Shown piece after piece: positions 8,835 to 19,403 of a DNA stretch of 64,000 nucleotides. How positions within the stretch are numbered: the first letter of the stretch is position 1; each line of letters opens with the position of its first letter. The position numbers were made by a program, and so were the translations under genes. The notes beneath the pieces were generated by a model. That model ran no database searches, was not told the DNA's origin, and saw only the letters and a program-made list of their open reading frames with translations. Source of the stretch: Acidimicrobiia bacterium (GTDB lineage: Bacteria; Actinomycetota; Acidimicrobiia; Spongiisociales; SHLN01); the NCBI GenBank assembly GCA_041609995.1, contig JBFIPU010000005.1:5058-69057 (forward strand). The letters are read 5' to 3'.

Positions 8835-9185
8835 ATGTCGGAGGTCGATCGCACGGCCCGCTCCGGGTCTGAGTCTGAGTCTGGGTCCGGGTCCGGGGGT
8901 GATCCCTGGGCCGATGGCAGCACCGGGGTGGATTGTTATCGGGTCTATGTTGCTCCTTGGTCGGTCGAGCCACGAGCGGCGGATCGCACCCCCCGGCGGC
9001 GACGGCGCCGGTTCTCAGGACGGCGGCCGGCGGCGGATCCGGCAATCTCGGAGTCCGGCTCAACCGTGGACGAGGCGGTGACGGCCCGACCGCCCCGCAC
9101 CCGTTCCGGCCGACCCGAAGATGAGCGCCGTGGTCCTCCGGTCGAGGGCCAAGATCTCGATTCAGATCGCGAAATCCTTCTCTAG
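8835..9185 (+). CDS. Hypothetical small Arg/Ser/Gly-rich protein (uncertain)
   Basis: 116-aa ORF in a 550-bp gap, with SD-like 'ggggaggg' 4 nt before the ATG. Low-complexity sequence ('SGSESESGSGSGG', 'RRRRRR') and no recognisable family. Confidence 0.25.
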   Translation: MSEVDRTARSGSESESGSGSGGDPWADGSTGVDCYRVYVAPWSVEPRAADRTPRRRRRRFSGRRPAADPAISESGSTVDEAVTARPPRTRSGRPEDERRGPPVEGQDLDSDREILL

Positions 9186-9309
9186 TCGATCTCGGGGGCA
9201 GCACCCGCCCAGGAGTACGCTTCGGCCCTTGAAACGACCGCCGGGCAAACGGCGGCACACCAGGGCAGGTCGAGGGGTAGGTCGGCGGTACCACGAGGGA
9301 AGTGATCCA

Positions 9310-10467
9310 ATGGAAGTAGAAATCGGATATGGCAAAACCGGGCGCCGCGCCTGGGGTTTCGACGATATTGCCATCGTCCCCTCGAGGCGGACGCGGGATC
9401 CCGAGGACGTCGACATTTCCTGGCAGCTGGACGCCTACCGTTTCGATCTCCCGGTGTTGGCGTCGGCGATGGATTCGGCCGTGAGCCCGGCGACGGCGAT
9501 AGAGATGGGCCGGCTCGGGGGTTTGGCCGTGCTCAATCTCGAGGGGCTGTGGACGCGTTACGCGGATCCGGAGCCCGTCTATGCCGAAATCGCTCAGCTG
9601 GAGCCGGAAAAAGCCACCCGGCGCATGCAAGAGCTCTACGAGGAGCCGCTCCAGCCCGAGCTGATCGAGCAGCGGATCGGCGAGATGCGAGACGCAGGGG
9701 TCACCACTGCGGCCAGCATCACGCCCCAGAATACGGAGAAGCTGGCTCCTTTCACTGTGAAAGCCGGACTTGACATTCTCGTGATCCAGGGAACGGTCGT
9801 GTCGGCCGAGCACGTGTCGTCACGATCCGAGCCGTTGAACCTGAAAGACTTCATCTACCACTTCGAACTTCCGGTGATCGTGGGAGGATGCGCTTCGTAC
9901 GCAACCGCGTTGCACCTGATGCGAACCGGCGCAGTCGGGGTGCTCGTGGGTGTTGGCCCCGGCGCCGCCTGTACGACCAGAGGTGTGTTGGGGGTCGGCG
10001 TTCCCCAGGCCACGGCCATCGCGGACGCCCGGGGGGCTCGGATCCGGCACCTCGATGAGACGGGCCGATACGTACACGTCATCGCCGACGGGGGCATGAG
10101 GACCGGAGGCGACGTCTCGAAGGCGATCGCGTGCGGCGCGGATGCGGTGATGCTGGGATCTCCGATTGCCTCTGCCGCCGAGGCTCCGGGCCAGGGGTTC
10201 CATTGGGGCATGGCGACGTTTCACCCAACACTGCCGCGCGGAGCACGTGTCGAGACCAAGCAGCTGGGGACGCTCGAGGAAATCCTGGTGGGTCCTGCCT
10301 ACGAAAACGATGGTCGGCGCAACCTGTTCGGTGGTCTGCGGGTCTCGATGGCGACGACCGGGTACGCCAACCTGCGCGAATTCCAGAAAGCAGAGGTCAT
10401 GGTCGCGCCCGCTCTCCAGACGGAGGGCAAGGATCTTCAGCGATCTCAGAGGGTGGGCATGGGGTGA
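9310..10467 (+). CDS. guaB3: GuaB3-type IMP dehydrogenase family protein (no CBS pair)
   Basis: '[34 protein letters not shown]' N-terminus typical of actinobacterial GuaB3; '[12 protein letters not shown]'. ATG 9310 was chosen over the listed 9121. Confidence 0.85.
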   Translation: MEVEIGYGKTGRRAWGFDDIAIVPSRRTRDPEDVDISWQLDAYRFDLPVLASAMDSAVSPATAIEMGRLGGLAVLNLEGLWTRYADPEPVYAEIAQLEPEKATRRMQELYEEPLQPELIEQRIGEMRDAGVTTAASITPQNTEKLAPFTVKAGLDILVIQGTVVSAEHVSSRSEPLNLKDFIYHFELPVIVGGCASYATALHLMRTGAVGVLVGVGPGAACTTRGVLGVGVPQATAIADARGARIRHLDETGRYVHVIADGGMRTGGDVSKAIACGADAVMLGSPIASAAEAPGQGFHWGMATFHPTLPRGARVETKQLGTLEEILVGPAYENDGRRNLFGGLRVSMATTGYANLREFQKAEVMVAPALQTEGKDLQRSQRVGMG

Positions 10468-12032
10468 GCTCCACCGCCTCTGGAAGCGCCTCGGATCACG
10501 GCCATTACGACAAGGTACTGGTGGTGGACCTGGGAGCCCAGTATGCCCAGCTGATCGCCCGCCGCGTGCGTGACGCCAACTTCTACAGCGAGATCGTACG
10601 CCGCACGATCAGTGCCGATGAGATACGCGATCGGAATGCGTCGGCCATCATCCTCTCGGGCGGGCCGGCCTCGGTGTATGCCGACGACGCCGCCGATATC
10701 GATCCCGGCATTCTGCAGCTCGGCGTGCCGATTCTCGGCATCTGCTACGGCCACCAACTGATCGCCCAAATGTTGGGGGGCGTCGTGGAACGCACCAACA
10801 CCCGTGAATACGGGCGTACCGAACTCGACGTCGAGGAGCCGTCTCTCCTCTTCACCGGCCTGCCGGAATCGCACGATGTGTGGATGAGCCACGGCGATGC
10901 TGTGGTCAAACCTCCGCCCGGATTTCGGGTGACGGCCTCGTCGGCGGGCTCGCCGGTAGCGGCCATGGAAGACACCGAACGGCGAATCTACGGCCTCCAA
11001 TTCCACCCTGAGGTTCACCACAGCCCTCGGGGGCAAGAGGTGATCAAACACTTCCTCCACAATGCGGCCGGACTCATGCCGTCATGGACGCGGGCATCGA
11101 TCATCGAAGAATCGGTGGAGGCGATCAGGGAGCAGGTGGGCGACGCGAGGGTGATCTGCGGCTTGTCCGGTGGCGTCGATTCTTCGGTGGCCGCAGCCCT
11201 GGTCCACAAAGCTGTCGGAGACCAGCTCACCTGTGTGTTCGTCGACCACGGCCTGTTGCGGCAGGGCGAAGCCGAAGAGGTGATCGAGACATTTGGTGAT
11301 CATTTCCACGTTCGCCTGATCCACGTCGATGCCGCAAACCGGTTTCTGACCGGGCTCGCCGGGATCGAGGATCCCGAATCCAAGCGCAAGGTCATCGGCG
11401 AGACGTTCATCAGGGTGTTCGAAGAAGCCGCGTCCGAACTGGAAGACGCCCAGTTTCTGGTGCAGGGAACGCTCTATCCCGACGTGATCGAATCCGGCTC
11501 CGGCGAGGCGGCCAAGATCAAGAGCCACCACAATGTGGGCGGATTGCCCGCCGACCTCGGATTCTCGCTCATCGAGCCACTCAGAGATCTGTTCAAGGAC
11601 GAGGTCCGGGCCGTGGGAACCGAGCTCGGGTTGCCCGATGAGATCGTGTGGCGCCAGCCGTTTCCGGGTCCAGGTTTGGCCGTGCGTATCGTTGGTGAGG
11701 TCACCAGGAGCCGCCTCGATATGCTGCGGGCGGCCGATCACATCATCACCGACGAAGTTCGCAAAGCCGGTCTCGAGCGGGAGTTGTGGCAGGTATTCGG
11801 CGTTCTGCTGGGTATCCGTTCGGTCGGGGTGCAGGGCGACGGACGCACGTATGCCCACCCGCTGGTGGTGCGAGCGGTGACGAGCGAAGATGCCATGACG
11901 GCCGACTGGGCCCGATTGCCTTATGCCCTGCTGGATCGGATCTCGTCGCGCGTGATCAACGAGGTCGAGGGCATCAATCGAGTCGCACTGGACATCTCTT
12001 CGAAGCCGCCGGCCACGATCGAGTGGGAGTAG
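10464..12032 (+). CDS. guaA: GMP synthase (glutamine-hydrolysing)
   Basis: GATase 'GICYGHQ', PP-loop 'SGGVDSS' and a C-terminal dimerisation domain ending 'PPATIEWE'. GTG 10464 overlaps the guaB3 stop (GTGA). The listed start 10131 lies inside guaB3. Confidence 0.95.
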   Translation: MSSTASGSASDHGHYDKVLVVDLGAQYAQLIARRVRDANFYSEIVRRTISADEIRDRNASAIILSGGPASVYADDAADIDPGILQLGVPILGICYGHQLIAQMLGGVVERTNTREYGRTELDVEEPSLLFTGLPESHDVWMSHGDAVVKPPPGFRVTASSAGSPVAAMEDTERRIYGLQFHPEVHHSPRGQEVIKHFLHNAAGLMPSWTRASIIEESVEAIREQVGDARVICGLSGGVDSSVAAALVHKAVGDQLTCVFVDHGLLRQGEAEEVIETFGDHFHVRLIHVDAANRFLTGLAGIEDPESKRKVIGETFIRVFEEAASELEDAQFLVQGTLYPDVIESGSGEAAKIKSHHNVGGLPADLGFSLIEPLRDLFKDEVRAVGTELGLPDEIVWRQPFPGPGLAVRIVGEVTRSRLDMLRAADHIITDEVRKAGLERELWQVFGVLLGIRSVGVQGDGRTYAHPLVVRAVTSEDAMTADWARLPYALLDRISSRVINEVEGINRVALDISSKPPATIEWE

Positions 12033-12115
12033 GGCATATTCGCCCTGTCGATTCGATAAAGCGAGGGGACTAGTCCGTCGATATCACCCGTAGAGATATC
12101 TACGCAGAGGGTGCG

Positions 12116-14383
12116 ATGGATCTCGCAAGAGACCCTGAGCTCATTGAGCTCTTCAGACGAGAGATGGCCGAGCGCGTCGACGTCCTCATCGAGGGCTCGT
12201 CCGCAATGGCGGACGATGCTTTCCCCGCGGCCCGGCTCGATGAGTTGCTGCGCGAGGCTCACACGATCAAAGGCACGTCACTGGTCATGGGGCTGGCGGA
12301 GGCAGGTCAGGCCGGCGCCGTGATCGAAGACCTCCTCACCGATATTCAGGCCGGACGCCGGGTTCCGAGCGTCGGTCTCGGTCGGGGGCTCATCGTCGCC
12401 TGCCAGGCCCTCCGCCAGTTCATCATCGATCCCGGCTCCGACCATCGGCTCGAAGCCGGCGTCGCGACGCTCACCACGCTGGCGGATGACCCGTTGGCGG
12501 CCGACGATCTCCTCGGCCCGGTGGAAGACAACGCGGAACAGGAGATGGAGGAGCCTCCCGAGATACCGGTTGCCGAGCCGGAGGACGCCGGCACTCTCAT
12601 CGCCGGAGATCTGTCGAGGCAGTTCTACGACATACCCGCAAATGCCCGGGATGACGACCCCCTGCGAATCCCCATCAACATCGATGACGCGGCCGAGATC
12701 GTGGACTTCGCCGAAATCGAAGACGCGGTGGCGGCCGACGACCGCTCCCGCACTCTGGGCGGACTGCTGTCGGCGCCCGAAATGTGGATCAACAGCGAGA
12801 CGACCGGGGTCGCAACAGCCCGGCTGTACGAGATCATCAGCCGGGCAGCGGAGCTGCGGATCGACACCGAGTCGCTGGTAGCGGCTGTTGAACGCCTGGC
12901 CGACATGGAGGATGCGGATGAACTCCGGCGAATGGTGGGTGCGCTGCGTTATGGTGTCCGGGCGTTGGCCTTGAGTACCCAGGCCATGCAGCAGCAGACC
13001 ATCGGTCTCGTGGCAGTGCCCATGAGCAGCGTGCTGGCGACTCTTCCCTCCCTCGTGAGGTTCCTGGCGAAACGCACCGCGAAGGACGTTCGCTTCGAGA
13101 TCATCGGAGACGAGTCAGCCGAGCTCGATCGCGGCACACTCGATCGGGTGGCGGACATCATCCGCCAACTGCTCGTCAACTCCATCGTCCATGGCATCCA
13201 GGATGCTCAGTCGCGTGGGGAGCAGGAAAAAGACCCGACCGGCACGCTCACATTGACAGTGACGCCGGAGGACGACCACATGCGCATCGTGGTCACGGAC
13301 GACGGAAACGGTATCGATTGGCCTGCAATCCGCGCGAAAGCGGTCGAGCTCGGTCTACTCGAGGCGAACTACAGCCCGTCCACGGCTGAGCTCGAGACGA
13401 TGTTGTTCAACGAGCCGATCTCGACATCGGCCGGCAACGACGAACTGGGCGGGTCGGGGGAGGGACTGTCCAAGGTCGCCCAGTCCGTCCAGGATCTGCA
13501 TGGTTCGATCGACGTTCGGTCAGTCAGGGGGATCGGCACCGAGGTCGAGGTCGTGGTGCCGAGGTTCCAGTCGTTGCAATCGATAGTGTTGGTGCTCACT
13601 GCCAATGGACGCTGGGGCATCCCAGAGCTGTCGATCCTCGATCGTACCTCGATGGCCGATTCGATCACCTACCGGACTCCCGAGGGACGCAAGGAGGTGT
13701 TGTTTCGCGACGGCACCATTCCCCTCGTGTCGCTCAGCAGCCTGGTCGGAGACGACGACGCCGAGACGTCGCGCGACGTGATTGTCGTGTCGACCCACGG
13801 CGGTCCCCTGGCCCTGGCCGTGGCCGGCACCCTCGGGGTGATGGAGGTAGCGCCCAAACGGCTCGGTGGGTTGCTCCGTTCCGCCCCGTTTGTCACCGGC
13901 GCCACGATGGTCGGCGGGGAGATCGTCATGCTCATCGACACCGACACCCTCATGGAGGTGGCCGACGCAGTGGAGCTCGATCCGCCGACGGAGCGCAGGA
14001 CCATCCTGATCGTCGACGATTCCGCCGGGGTGCGCCAGGTGTTGACTGCCGCACTGACCGCCGGCGGTTTCGAGGTGGTGGCGGCGGGTTCGGCCGTCGA
14101 GGCCCTCGAGCAACTCGCCAACCATATCGTCGATGCCATGGTGGTCGATTACTCGATGCCCGGTGAAGACGGCGTCGACCTGGTGGTTAACGTCCGCAAG
14201 ACGTACGGGACGATGCCGGTGGTGATGGTCTCCGCCGTCGCCCGCGAAGAGGATCGCGCCCGCGCCGAGGCGGCCGGAATCGATGCATATTTCGAGAAAT
14301 CGGACTTTAGAGAAGGCGTGTTGGCGTCGATGTTGAAGGAACTGCTTGATAACGAGTCGCCCATTCGAAAGACGGCACAATGA
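12116..14383 (+). CDS. CheA-like hybrid histidine kinase (Hpt-P3-HATPase-CheW-REC)
   Basis: Hpt 'LLREAHTIKGTS'; ATPase N-box 'LLVNSIVHGI', 'DDGNGID', 'GGSGEGLS'. A CheW-like segment follows, then a C-terminal receiver 'ILIVDDSAGVR...DYSMPGEDG...KS'. Confidence 0.85.
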   Translation: MDLARDPELIELFRREMAERVDVLIEGSSAMADDAFPAARLDELLREAHTIKGTSLVMGLAEAGQAGAVIEDLLTDIQAGRRVPSVGLGRGLIVACQALRQFIIDPGSDHRLEAGVATLTTLADDPLAADDLLGPVEDNAEQEMEEPPEIPVAEPEDAGTLIAGDLSRQFYDIPANARDDDPLRIPINIDDAAEIVDFAEIEDAVAADDRSRTLGGLLSAPEMWINSETTGVATARLYEIISRAAELRIDTESLVAAVERLADMEDADELRRMVGALRYGVRALALSTQAMQQQTIGLVAVPMSSVLATLPSLVRFLAKRTAKDVRFEIIGDESAELDRGTLDRVADIIRQLLVNSIVHGIQDAQSRGEQEKDPTGTLTLTVTPEDDHMRIVVTDDGNGIDWPAIRAKAVELGLLEANYSPSTAELETMLFNEPISTSAGNDELGGSGEGLSKVAQSVQDLHGSIDVRSVRGIGTEVEVVVPRFQSLQSIVLVLTANGRWGIPELSILDRTSMADSITYRTPEGRKEVLFRDGTIPLVSLSSLVGDDDAETSRDVIVVSTHGGPLALAVAGTLGVMEVAPKRLGGLLRSAPFVTGATMVGGEIVMLIDTDTLMEVADAVELDPPTERRTILIVDDSAGVRQVLTAALTAGGFEVVAAGSAVEALEQLANHIVDAMVVDYSMPGEDGVDLVVNVRKTYGTMPVVMVSAVAREEDRARAEAAGIDAYFEKSDFREGVLASMLKELLDNESPIRKTAQ

Positions 14384-15384
14384 AGGTTTTGGTGGCCGAT
14401 GACTCGCCCGTGTTGGTGCGAGCATTGACGAAGCTGTTGGAGCAGGCGGGATACGAGGTAGCCGTTGCGGGCGACGGCCTGGAAGCAATCCAGAAGTTCT
14501 ACGAGGAAGCTCCGGACCTGGCACTAGTTGACATCAACATGCCCAAACTCCACGGCTATGTGGTGTGCCGGCTGCTGAAAGAAGACCCGGCCGCCCAGTC
14601 GGTGCCGATTCTCATTCTCACCGCACGCAACTCGAACGAGGATCGCTATTGGGCCAACCGATCCGGGGCGGATGGGTTCATCACCAAGGAGTCGATGGGT
14701 GAGGAGCTGCTCGACGCGGTCCAGTCGGCGTTGGCCAGTCGCGCGCTTGCCGACTTGTCGAGAATCGAGGCGCCCACCCAGTCACTGGAAGAGGGCGATG
14801 TGCTGGCACGCGTTTGTGAGGTGCTCGACCGCAAACTCTTCGAGGCCAGCATCGTGAACGACATCGTGGCAGTCGGTGTCCGCGCCGACGACCTGCACGG
14901 CACCATCAACGAGTCTCTCAGCATCCTGGGTCGCCTGATCGACTGTGACGCGGCGGGTGTCCTGCTCCACATGGAGCACGAGCTCGTCATGCGTACCGAC
15001 GAGCCGATGTCGATCAGCGATTTCGAGCACTTCCGCGATTTGGCTGCGCTGCGGGGAAGACAGTTCACCACCGTTGACGTGCGCGGCGAGGACCTCAGCC
15101 TCGTCCTGCCTCCAGGAATCGACGACTCGAAGGTCTTCGACACCACCGGCGCAGTGGAAGATGGGGGCTGGGCCTCTTTCGAATCCATACCTTTGTGGTC
15201 GAAAGGCGAGGTGGTCGCCATTCTGGTACTCGGGTCGCACCGCAAGGACGCCTTCAACGACAGCGTTCGCCGGAACCTGCGCACCATCGAGCCACATCTG
15301 GCGACCGTGGTCGAATCGGCAAGGCAATACCAGCGCATCCTCGAACAGGAAGCCCGGTCGAGTTTGTCGAGTCTTCTCGACTGA
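14380..15384 (+). CDS. Response regulator, REC + GAF-like output domain
   Basis: 'KVLVADDSPV...VDINMPKLHG...ILTAR' receiver. The C-terminal ~200 aa end in the GAF-like pattern 'SIPLWSKGEVVAILVLGSHRKDAFNDS...'. The start overlaps the kinase stop (ATGA). Confidence 0.8.
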   Translation: MKVLVADDSPVLVRALTKLLEQAGYEVAVAGDGLEAIQKFYEEAPDLALVDINMPKLHGYVVCRLLKEDPAAQSVPILILTARNSNEDRYWANRSGADGFITKESMGEELLDAVQSALASRALADLSRIEAPTQSLEEGDVLARVCEVLDRKLFEASIVNDIVAVGVRADDLHGTINESLSILGRLIDCDAAGVLLHMEHELVMRTDEPMSISDFEHFRDLAALRGRQFTTVDVRGEDLSLVLPPGIDDSKVFDTTGAVEDGGWASFESIPLWSKGEVVAILVLGSHRKDAFNDSVRRNLRTIEPHLATVVESARQYQRILEQEARSSLSSLLD

Positions 15385-15423
15385 CGCTCGAGCCCCAAGC
15401 CTCGAACGGGCCCCCTGGAGCCG

Positions 15424-17607
15424 TCAGACTTTTGTGAGGGGGGCCCACGCCAACAGCAGCGTCTTCGCTCCTTCGTGGTCGAACACCACCACGGCTTCGG
15501 CGCCGTCGCCTTCGCCCCGCACTTCCCGCACCCGCCCCTTGCCCCAGTAGTCGTGATTGACGACGTCTCCGGGTTGGATGTCGGTGGCCGTCACATGGGC
15601 CCTTCCGAGTGATTCGGTCGCAGGGTTGCGGGTGCGGCTTCGCTGTTCGGTCAGATCTTCGGGGATCTCCTTCAGCAGCCGGCTCACGGAGTTGAAGTTG
15701 GTTCCACCAAATATGGTGCGGCTCGTGGCGTTGACGAGGTAGAGGTGTTCCTGTGCGCGTGTAACGCCTACGTAGAACAGCCTCCGCTCCTCTTCGAGCT
15801 CTGCCGGGTCACCCAGCGACCTCATGTGGGGGAAGATGCCGTCTTCGAGCCCCACCATGAAGACGGCGGGATACTCCAGTCCTTTGGCGTTGTGGAGCGT
15901 CATCAACGTGACGGCTCCGGCGGGGCCGTCCAGGGCGTCGACATCGGCCACCAGACTCACGGACTCCAGAAAGGCCTCGACCCGCCGGTGGCCCGTCATC
16001 TCCGACCAGAGCACACCCTCTTCGTTACTCGTGCCCGTCTGCATCTCCTCGAACTCAACCGCCGAGGCGACCACCTCCTTGATGTTTTCTACCCGGCCGA
16101 GCGCCTCGATGGTTCGCTCTGATTCGACCCACTCGAGGTAGCCGGTATCGTCGAGGATCGCCTGTAGCGTGCTCGCCGGGCCGTCGTCTGCCCGGTCGCG
16201 GAGGTACTTCATGAGGCCGACGAACTCCTTGATGCGGGCGATGGCCCGGCCGTTGAGGTTCGCGATGTCTGCGGCTTCCTCCAGTGCCTCGAAGAACGTG
16301 ATGCCGTTTGCCTCGGCGTGACGGTCGACGTGTCCGACGGTCGTGTCGCCGATGCCCCGTTTGGGCGTGTTGATGATCCGCTTGACGGCGACCTGGTCTC
16401 CAGGATTCACCGCAGCCCGCAGGTAGGCGAGGATGTCCTTGACCTCCCGGCGGTCGTAGAACTTGGTTCCTCCCACGACCCGGTAGGGGACACCGTACCG
16501 GACAAACACCTCTTCTATTACGCGCGATTGGGCATTGGTGCGGTAGAAGACCGAGATGTCATCCGCCGACCGTGCGGCCATGAGTGTCTCGATCTCCTCT
16601 GCCACGAACGCCGCTTCGTCCCGCTCGTCCTGGGCCTGGTACCTCACGAGTTTTTCTCCCTCGCCCCGGTCCGACCACAGGTGCTTGTCGTTGCGGCTGC
16701 TGTTGTTGGCGATGACGGCGTTGGCGGCATCCAGGATGTTCTGGGTAGAGCGATAGTTCTGGTCCAGCACCACCTTGCGGGCATCCGGGTAGTCCCGCTC
16801 GAATTCGAGGATGTTGCGGATGTCGGCTCCCCGGAAGGCATAGATGCTCTGATCGCTGTCACCCACCACGCAGACGTTTCGGTGCTTGGCGGCCAGGAGG
16901 TTGACGAGCCGGTATTGGGCGTGGTTCGTGTCCTGGTACTCGTCGACGCAGATGTATCGGAAGCGGTTCTGGTATCGCTCCAGCACGTCCGGGAAGGCGC
17001 CGAGGATCTCCACCGTGATCATCAAGAGATCGTCGAAATCCATGGCCGAGGCCTCGAGCAGCCGCTGCTGGTACAGCTGATAGACCTCGGCGATCTTCTC
17101 GTGGTAGAAGCCGGAGCCCTGGCGGGCGAAGCTCTCGTAGTCGATCAGTTCGTTTTTGGCATTGGAGATGGCGGCCTGAATACCGCGAGGAGGAAACCGC
17201 TTCGCATCGAGGTTGAGGTCACTCAGGCAATACTTGATCAGCCGGCGCGAATCGGCATCGTCGTAGATGCTGAACGATGCGTTGTAGCCGAGCCGGGTGG
17301 CCTCCCGCCGAAGGATTCGGACACAGGCGCGGTGGAATGTCGACACCCACATGGCGTCAACGAGGCCCCCGACGAGCTGTCCCACCCGTTCGCGCATCTC
17401 GTTGGCCGCCTTGTTCGTGAAGGTGATCGCCAGGATCTCATAGGGCGACACGCCCTCGTCTCTGATCAAATGGGCGATCCGGTGGGTGAGGACCCGCGTT
17501 TTACCGGAACCGGCTCCGGCCACCACCAACAGGGGCCCTTCCGTGGTGGTCACGGCCTCGAGCTGGGCAGGGTTGAGCTCGGTCGTGAGGGTGTTTTCGG
17601 GCGCCAT
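15424..17607 (-). CDS. pcrA: ATP-dependent DNA helicase PcrA/UvrD
   Basis: 'AGAGSGKTRVLTHR' Walker A, 'VDEYQDTN', 'LTLHNAKGLEYP'-type motif ('MTLHNAKGLEYPAVF'); 727 aa. Confidence 0.95.
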   Translation of the reverse strand: MAPENTLTTELNPAQLEAVTTTEGPLLVVAGAGSGKTRVLTHRIAHLIRDEGVSPYEILAITFTNKAANEMRERVGQLVGGLVDAMWVSTFHRACVRILRREATRLGYNASFSIYDDADSRRLIKYCLSDLNLDAKRFPPRGIQAAISNAKNELIDYESFARQGSGFYHEKIAEVYQLYQQRLLEASAMDFDDLLMITVEILGAFPDVLERYQNRFRYICVDEYQDTNHAQYRLVNLLAAKHRNVCVVGDSDQSIYAFRGADIRNILEFERDYPDARKVVLDQNYRSTQNILDAANAVIANNSSRNDKHLWSDRGEGEKLVRYQAQDERDEAAFVAEEIETLMAARSADDISVFYRTNAQSRVIEEVFVRYGVPYRVVGGTKFYDRREVKDILAYLRAAVNPGDQVAVKRIINTPKRGIGDTTVGHVDRHAEANGITFFEALEEAADIANLNGRAIARIKEFVGLMKYLRDRADDGPASTLQAILDDTGYLEWVESERTIEALGRVENIKEVVASAVEFEEMQTGTSNEEGVLWSEMTGHRRVEAFLESVSLVADVDALDGPAGAVTLMTLHNAKGLEYPAVFMVGLEDGIFPHMRSLGDPAELEEERRLFYVGVTRAQEHLYLVNATSRTIFGGTNFNSVSRLLKEIPEDLTEQRSRTRNPATESLGRAHVTATDIQPGDVVNHDYWGKGRVREVRGEGDGAEAVVVFDHEGAKTLLLAWAPLTKV

Positions 17608-17747
17608 GGACCACTGAGTATATGCGGCCCTGGTACGAAAATCTCAGGCGTGTAATTCGATCGCCTGCCATGAGAAGGGACGCCGTGGCGAGCGGCGAGC
17701 GCGTGGCGCAGGACTCCGGGAATGGCGACGAGGTTTAGCATTGCCGC

Positions 17748-18137
17748 ATGCCAGCTCGCGTGCTGATAGCAAAACCGGGCCTGGACGGACACGATCGGGG
17801 AGCAAAGGTGATTGCTCGTGCCCTGCGCGACGGGGGCATCGAAGTCGTCTACTCGGGTCTCCACCAGACGCCCGAACAAATCGTGGAAACGGCCGTCCAG
17901 GAGGACGTGAGCGCCATCGGGCTGTCGATCCTCTCCGGCGCCCACATGACGCTGCTGCCGCGCGTGGTCGAACTCCTGCGCGAGCGCGGCATCGACGACA
18001 TCATGGTGTTCGGCGGCGGCATCATTCCCGACGCCGACATCGCTCCGCTCAAAGAAGCCGGGCTGGCGGAGGTGTTCACACCTGGTGCACCACTCACCGA
18101 GATCGTCGAGTGGGTGCAGGCCCACGTGGCGTCCTAG
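17748..18137 (+). CDS. Cobalamin-binding domain protein (methylmalonyl-/isobutyryl-CoA mutase small subunit-like)
   Basis: '[31 protein letters not shown]' carries the DxHxxG B12-binding motif; 129 aa. No large mutase subunit in the window. Confidence 0.85.
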   Translation: MPARVLIAKPGLDGHDRGAKVIARALRDGGIEVVYSGLHQTPEQIVETAVQEDVSAIGLSILSGAHMTLLPRVVELLRERGIDDIMVFGGGIIPDADIAPLKEAGLAEVFTPGAPLTEIVEWVQAHVAS

Positions 18138-18179
18138 GCTTGCGGCCGGCGCCCGTGGCAGATTGCAGGAGTTGAGGTC

Positions 18180-19403
18180 TTGAAGATTCACGAGTACCAG
18201 GCGAAGGAGTTGATGGCGGCGCGGGGAATCGCCGTGCCGCGGGGCCGGGTGGCCACGACCGTCGACGAGGCGGTGGCAGCCGTCAAACCGCTGATCGAGG
18301 CCAGCGGCAACCCGGTCGTGGTGGTGAAGTCGCAGATCCACGCCGGGGGGCGGGGCAAGGGAACGTTCGAGGAATACCCCGATCTCGGCGGAGTCAGCGT
18401 CGTGCTGGACGGAATCGATGGGGGGGTGGAGGCGGCCGAGGACAAGGTGCGCCGGCTGGCAACCCAAATGCTCGGATCGACGCTGGTCACCATTCAAACC
18501 GGCCCGGAGGGCAAGACTGTCAATCGCCTGTACATCGAACAGGGCATCGATATCGAGCGCGAGCTCTATCTATCCATCGTGCTCGATCGATCGCTGGGCC
18601 GCAACGTGGTCATGGCCTCCACCGAGGGCGGAACGGAAATCGAAGAGGTTGCCGCGACCAGGCCTGAGAAGATCATCCGCCAGCCAATTGATCCGGCATA
18701 CGGTCTGCTCGGGTTCCAGGCCGCCCGTATCGCCACCGGTCTCGAACTGGAAGGCGCCGCCCACCGCAACGCGGTCGTGTTCTTGCGGGCGTTGGCCGAG
18801 GCTGCCGTTGAGCTGGATACCGACATGATCGAGATCAACCCGCTCGTGGTGACGACCGACGGTGAAGTCATGGCGCTCGACGGAAAGATCAGCTTCGAGG
18901 CCAACGCCCTCTATCGCCATCCGGACATCGTCGCGATGCGCGATGAGAGCGAGGAAGATCCCGCCGAGCGCGAGGCCGCCGAGCACGATCTCAGCTTCAT
19001 CAAGCTGGATGGCTCCATCGGTTGCATGGTGAACGGCGCCGGCTTGGCCATGGCGACCATGGACATCATCAAATATGTCGGGGCCGAGCCCGCCAACTTC
19101 CTCGATGTGGGAGGCGGAGCCACTGCCGACAAGGTGACAGCCGCGTTCAAGATCATCACCGCCGATTCGAATGTAAAAGGGATCTTCGTGAACATCTTCG
19201 GTGGGATCATGCGCTGCGACACCATTGCCGAAGGCATCGTCGAGGCGGTGAAAGAGGTGGGGCTGAGCGTCCCGCTCGTGGTACGGCTGGAGGGCACCAA
19301 CGTAGAGCTCGGCAAACAGATTCTCGACGAGTCCGGGCTCGCCCTCGTGGCGGCGGCCGACATGAAGAGCGGGGCTCAGAAGATCGTGGAGTTGGCCGGG
19401 TGA
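18180..19403 (+). CDS. sucC: Succinate--CoA ligase subunit beta
   Basis: '[11 protein letters not shown]' ATP-grasp N-terminus; 407 aa. TTG start with 'aggag' SD upstream. Confidence 0.95.
   Translation: MKIHEYQAKELMAARGIAVPRGRVATTVDEAVAAVKPLIEASGNPVVVVKSQIHAGGRGKGTFEEYPDLGGVSVVLDGIDGGVEAAEDKVRRLATQMLGSTLVTIQTGPEGKTVNRLYIEQGIDIERELYLSIVLDRSLGRNVVMASTEGGTEIEEVAATRPEKIIRQPIDPAYGLLGFQAARIATGLELEGAAHRNAVVFLRALAEAAVELDTDMIEINPLVVTTDGEVMALDGKISFEANALYRHPDIVAMRDESEEDPAEREAAEHDLSFIKLDGSIGCMVNGAGLAMATMDIIKYVGAEPANFLDVGGGATADKVTAAFKIITADSNVKGIFVNIFGGIMRCDTIAEGIVEAVKEVGLSVPLVVRLEGTNVELGKQILDESGLALVAAADMKSGAQKIVELAG

Noticed and set aside
8362-9813. 483-aa minus-strand ORF across the trpS 3' end, the intergenic gap and the guaB3 5' part
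   Set aside because: It overlaps two confident plus-strand genes. Its composition is Pro/Arg-rich with no family signature, so it is a high-GC antisense artefact.
12116-14383. Interpreting the CheA-like kinase as evidence for flagellar chemotaxis
   Set aside because: There are no MCP, CheW, CheY-only, CheB/CheR, flagellar or pilus genes in the 64 kb. The architecture with a fused receiver fits alternative chemosensory-like pathways, so only the domain call is reported.
16318-17655. 445-aa plus-strand ORF
   Set aside because: It is fully antisense to pcrA, which has complete helicase motifs. The ORF itself shows no motifs.
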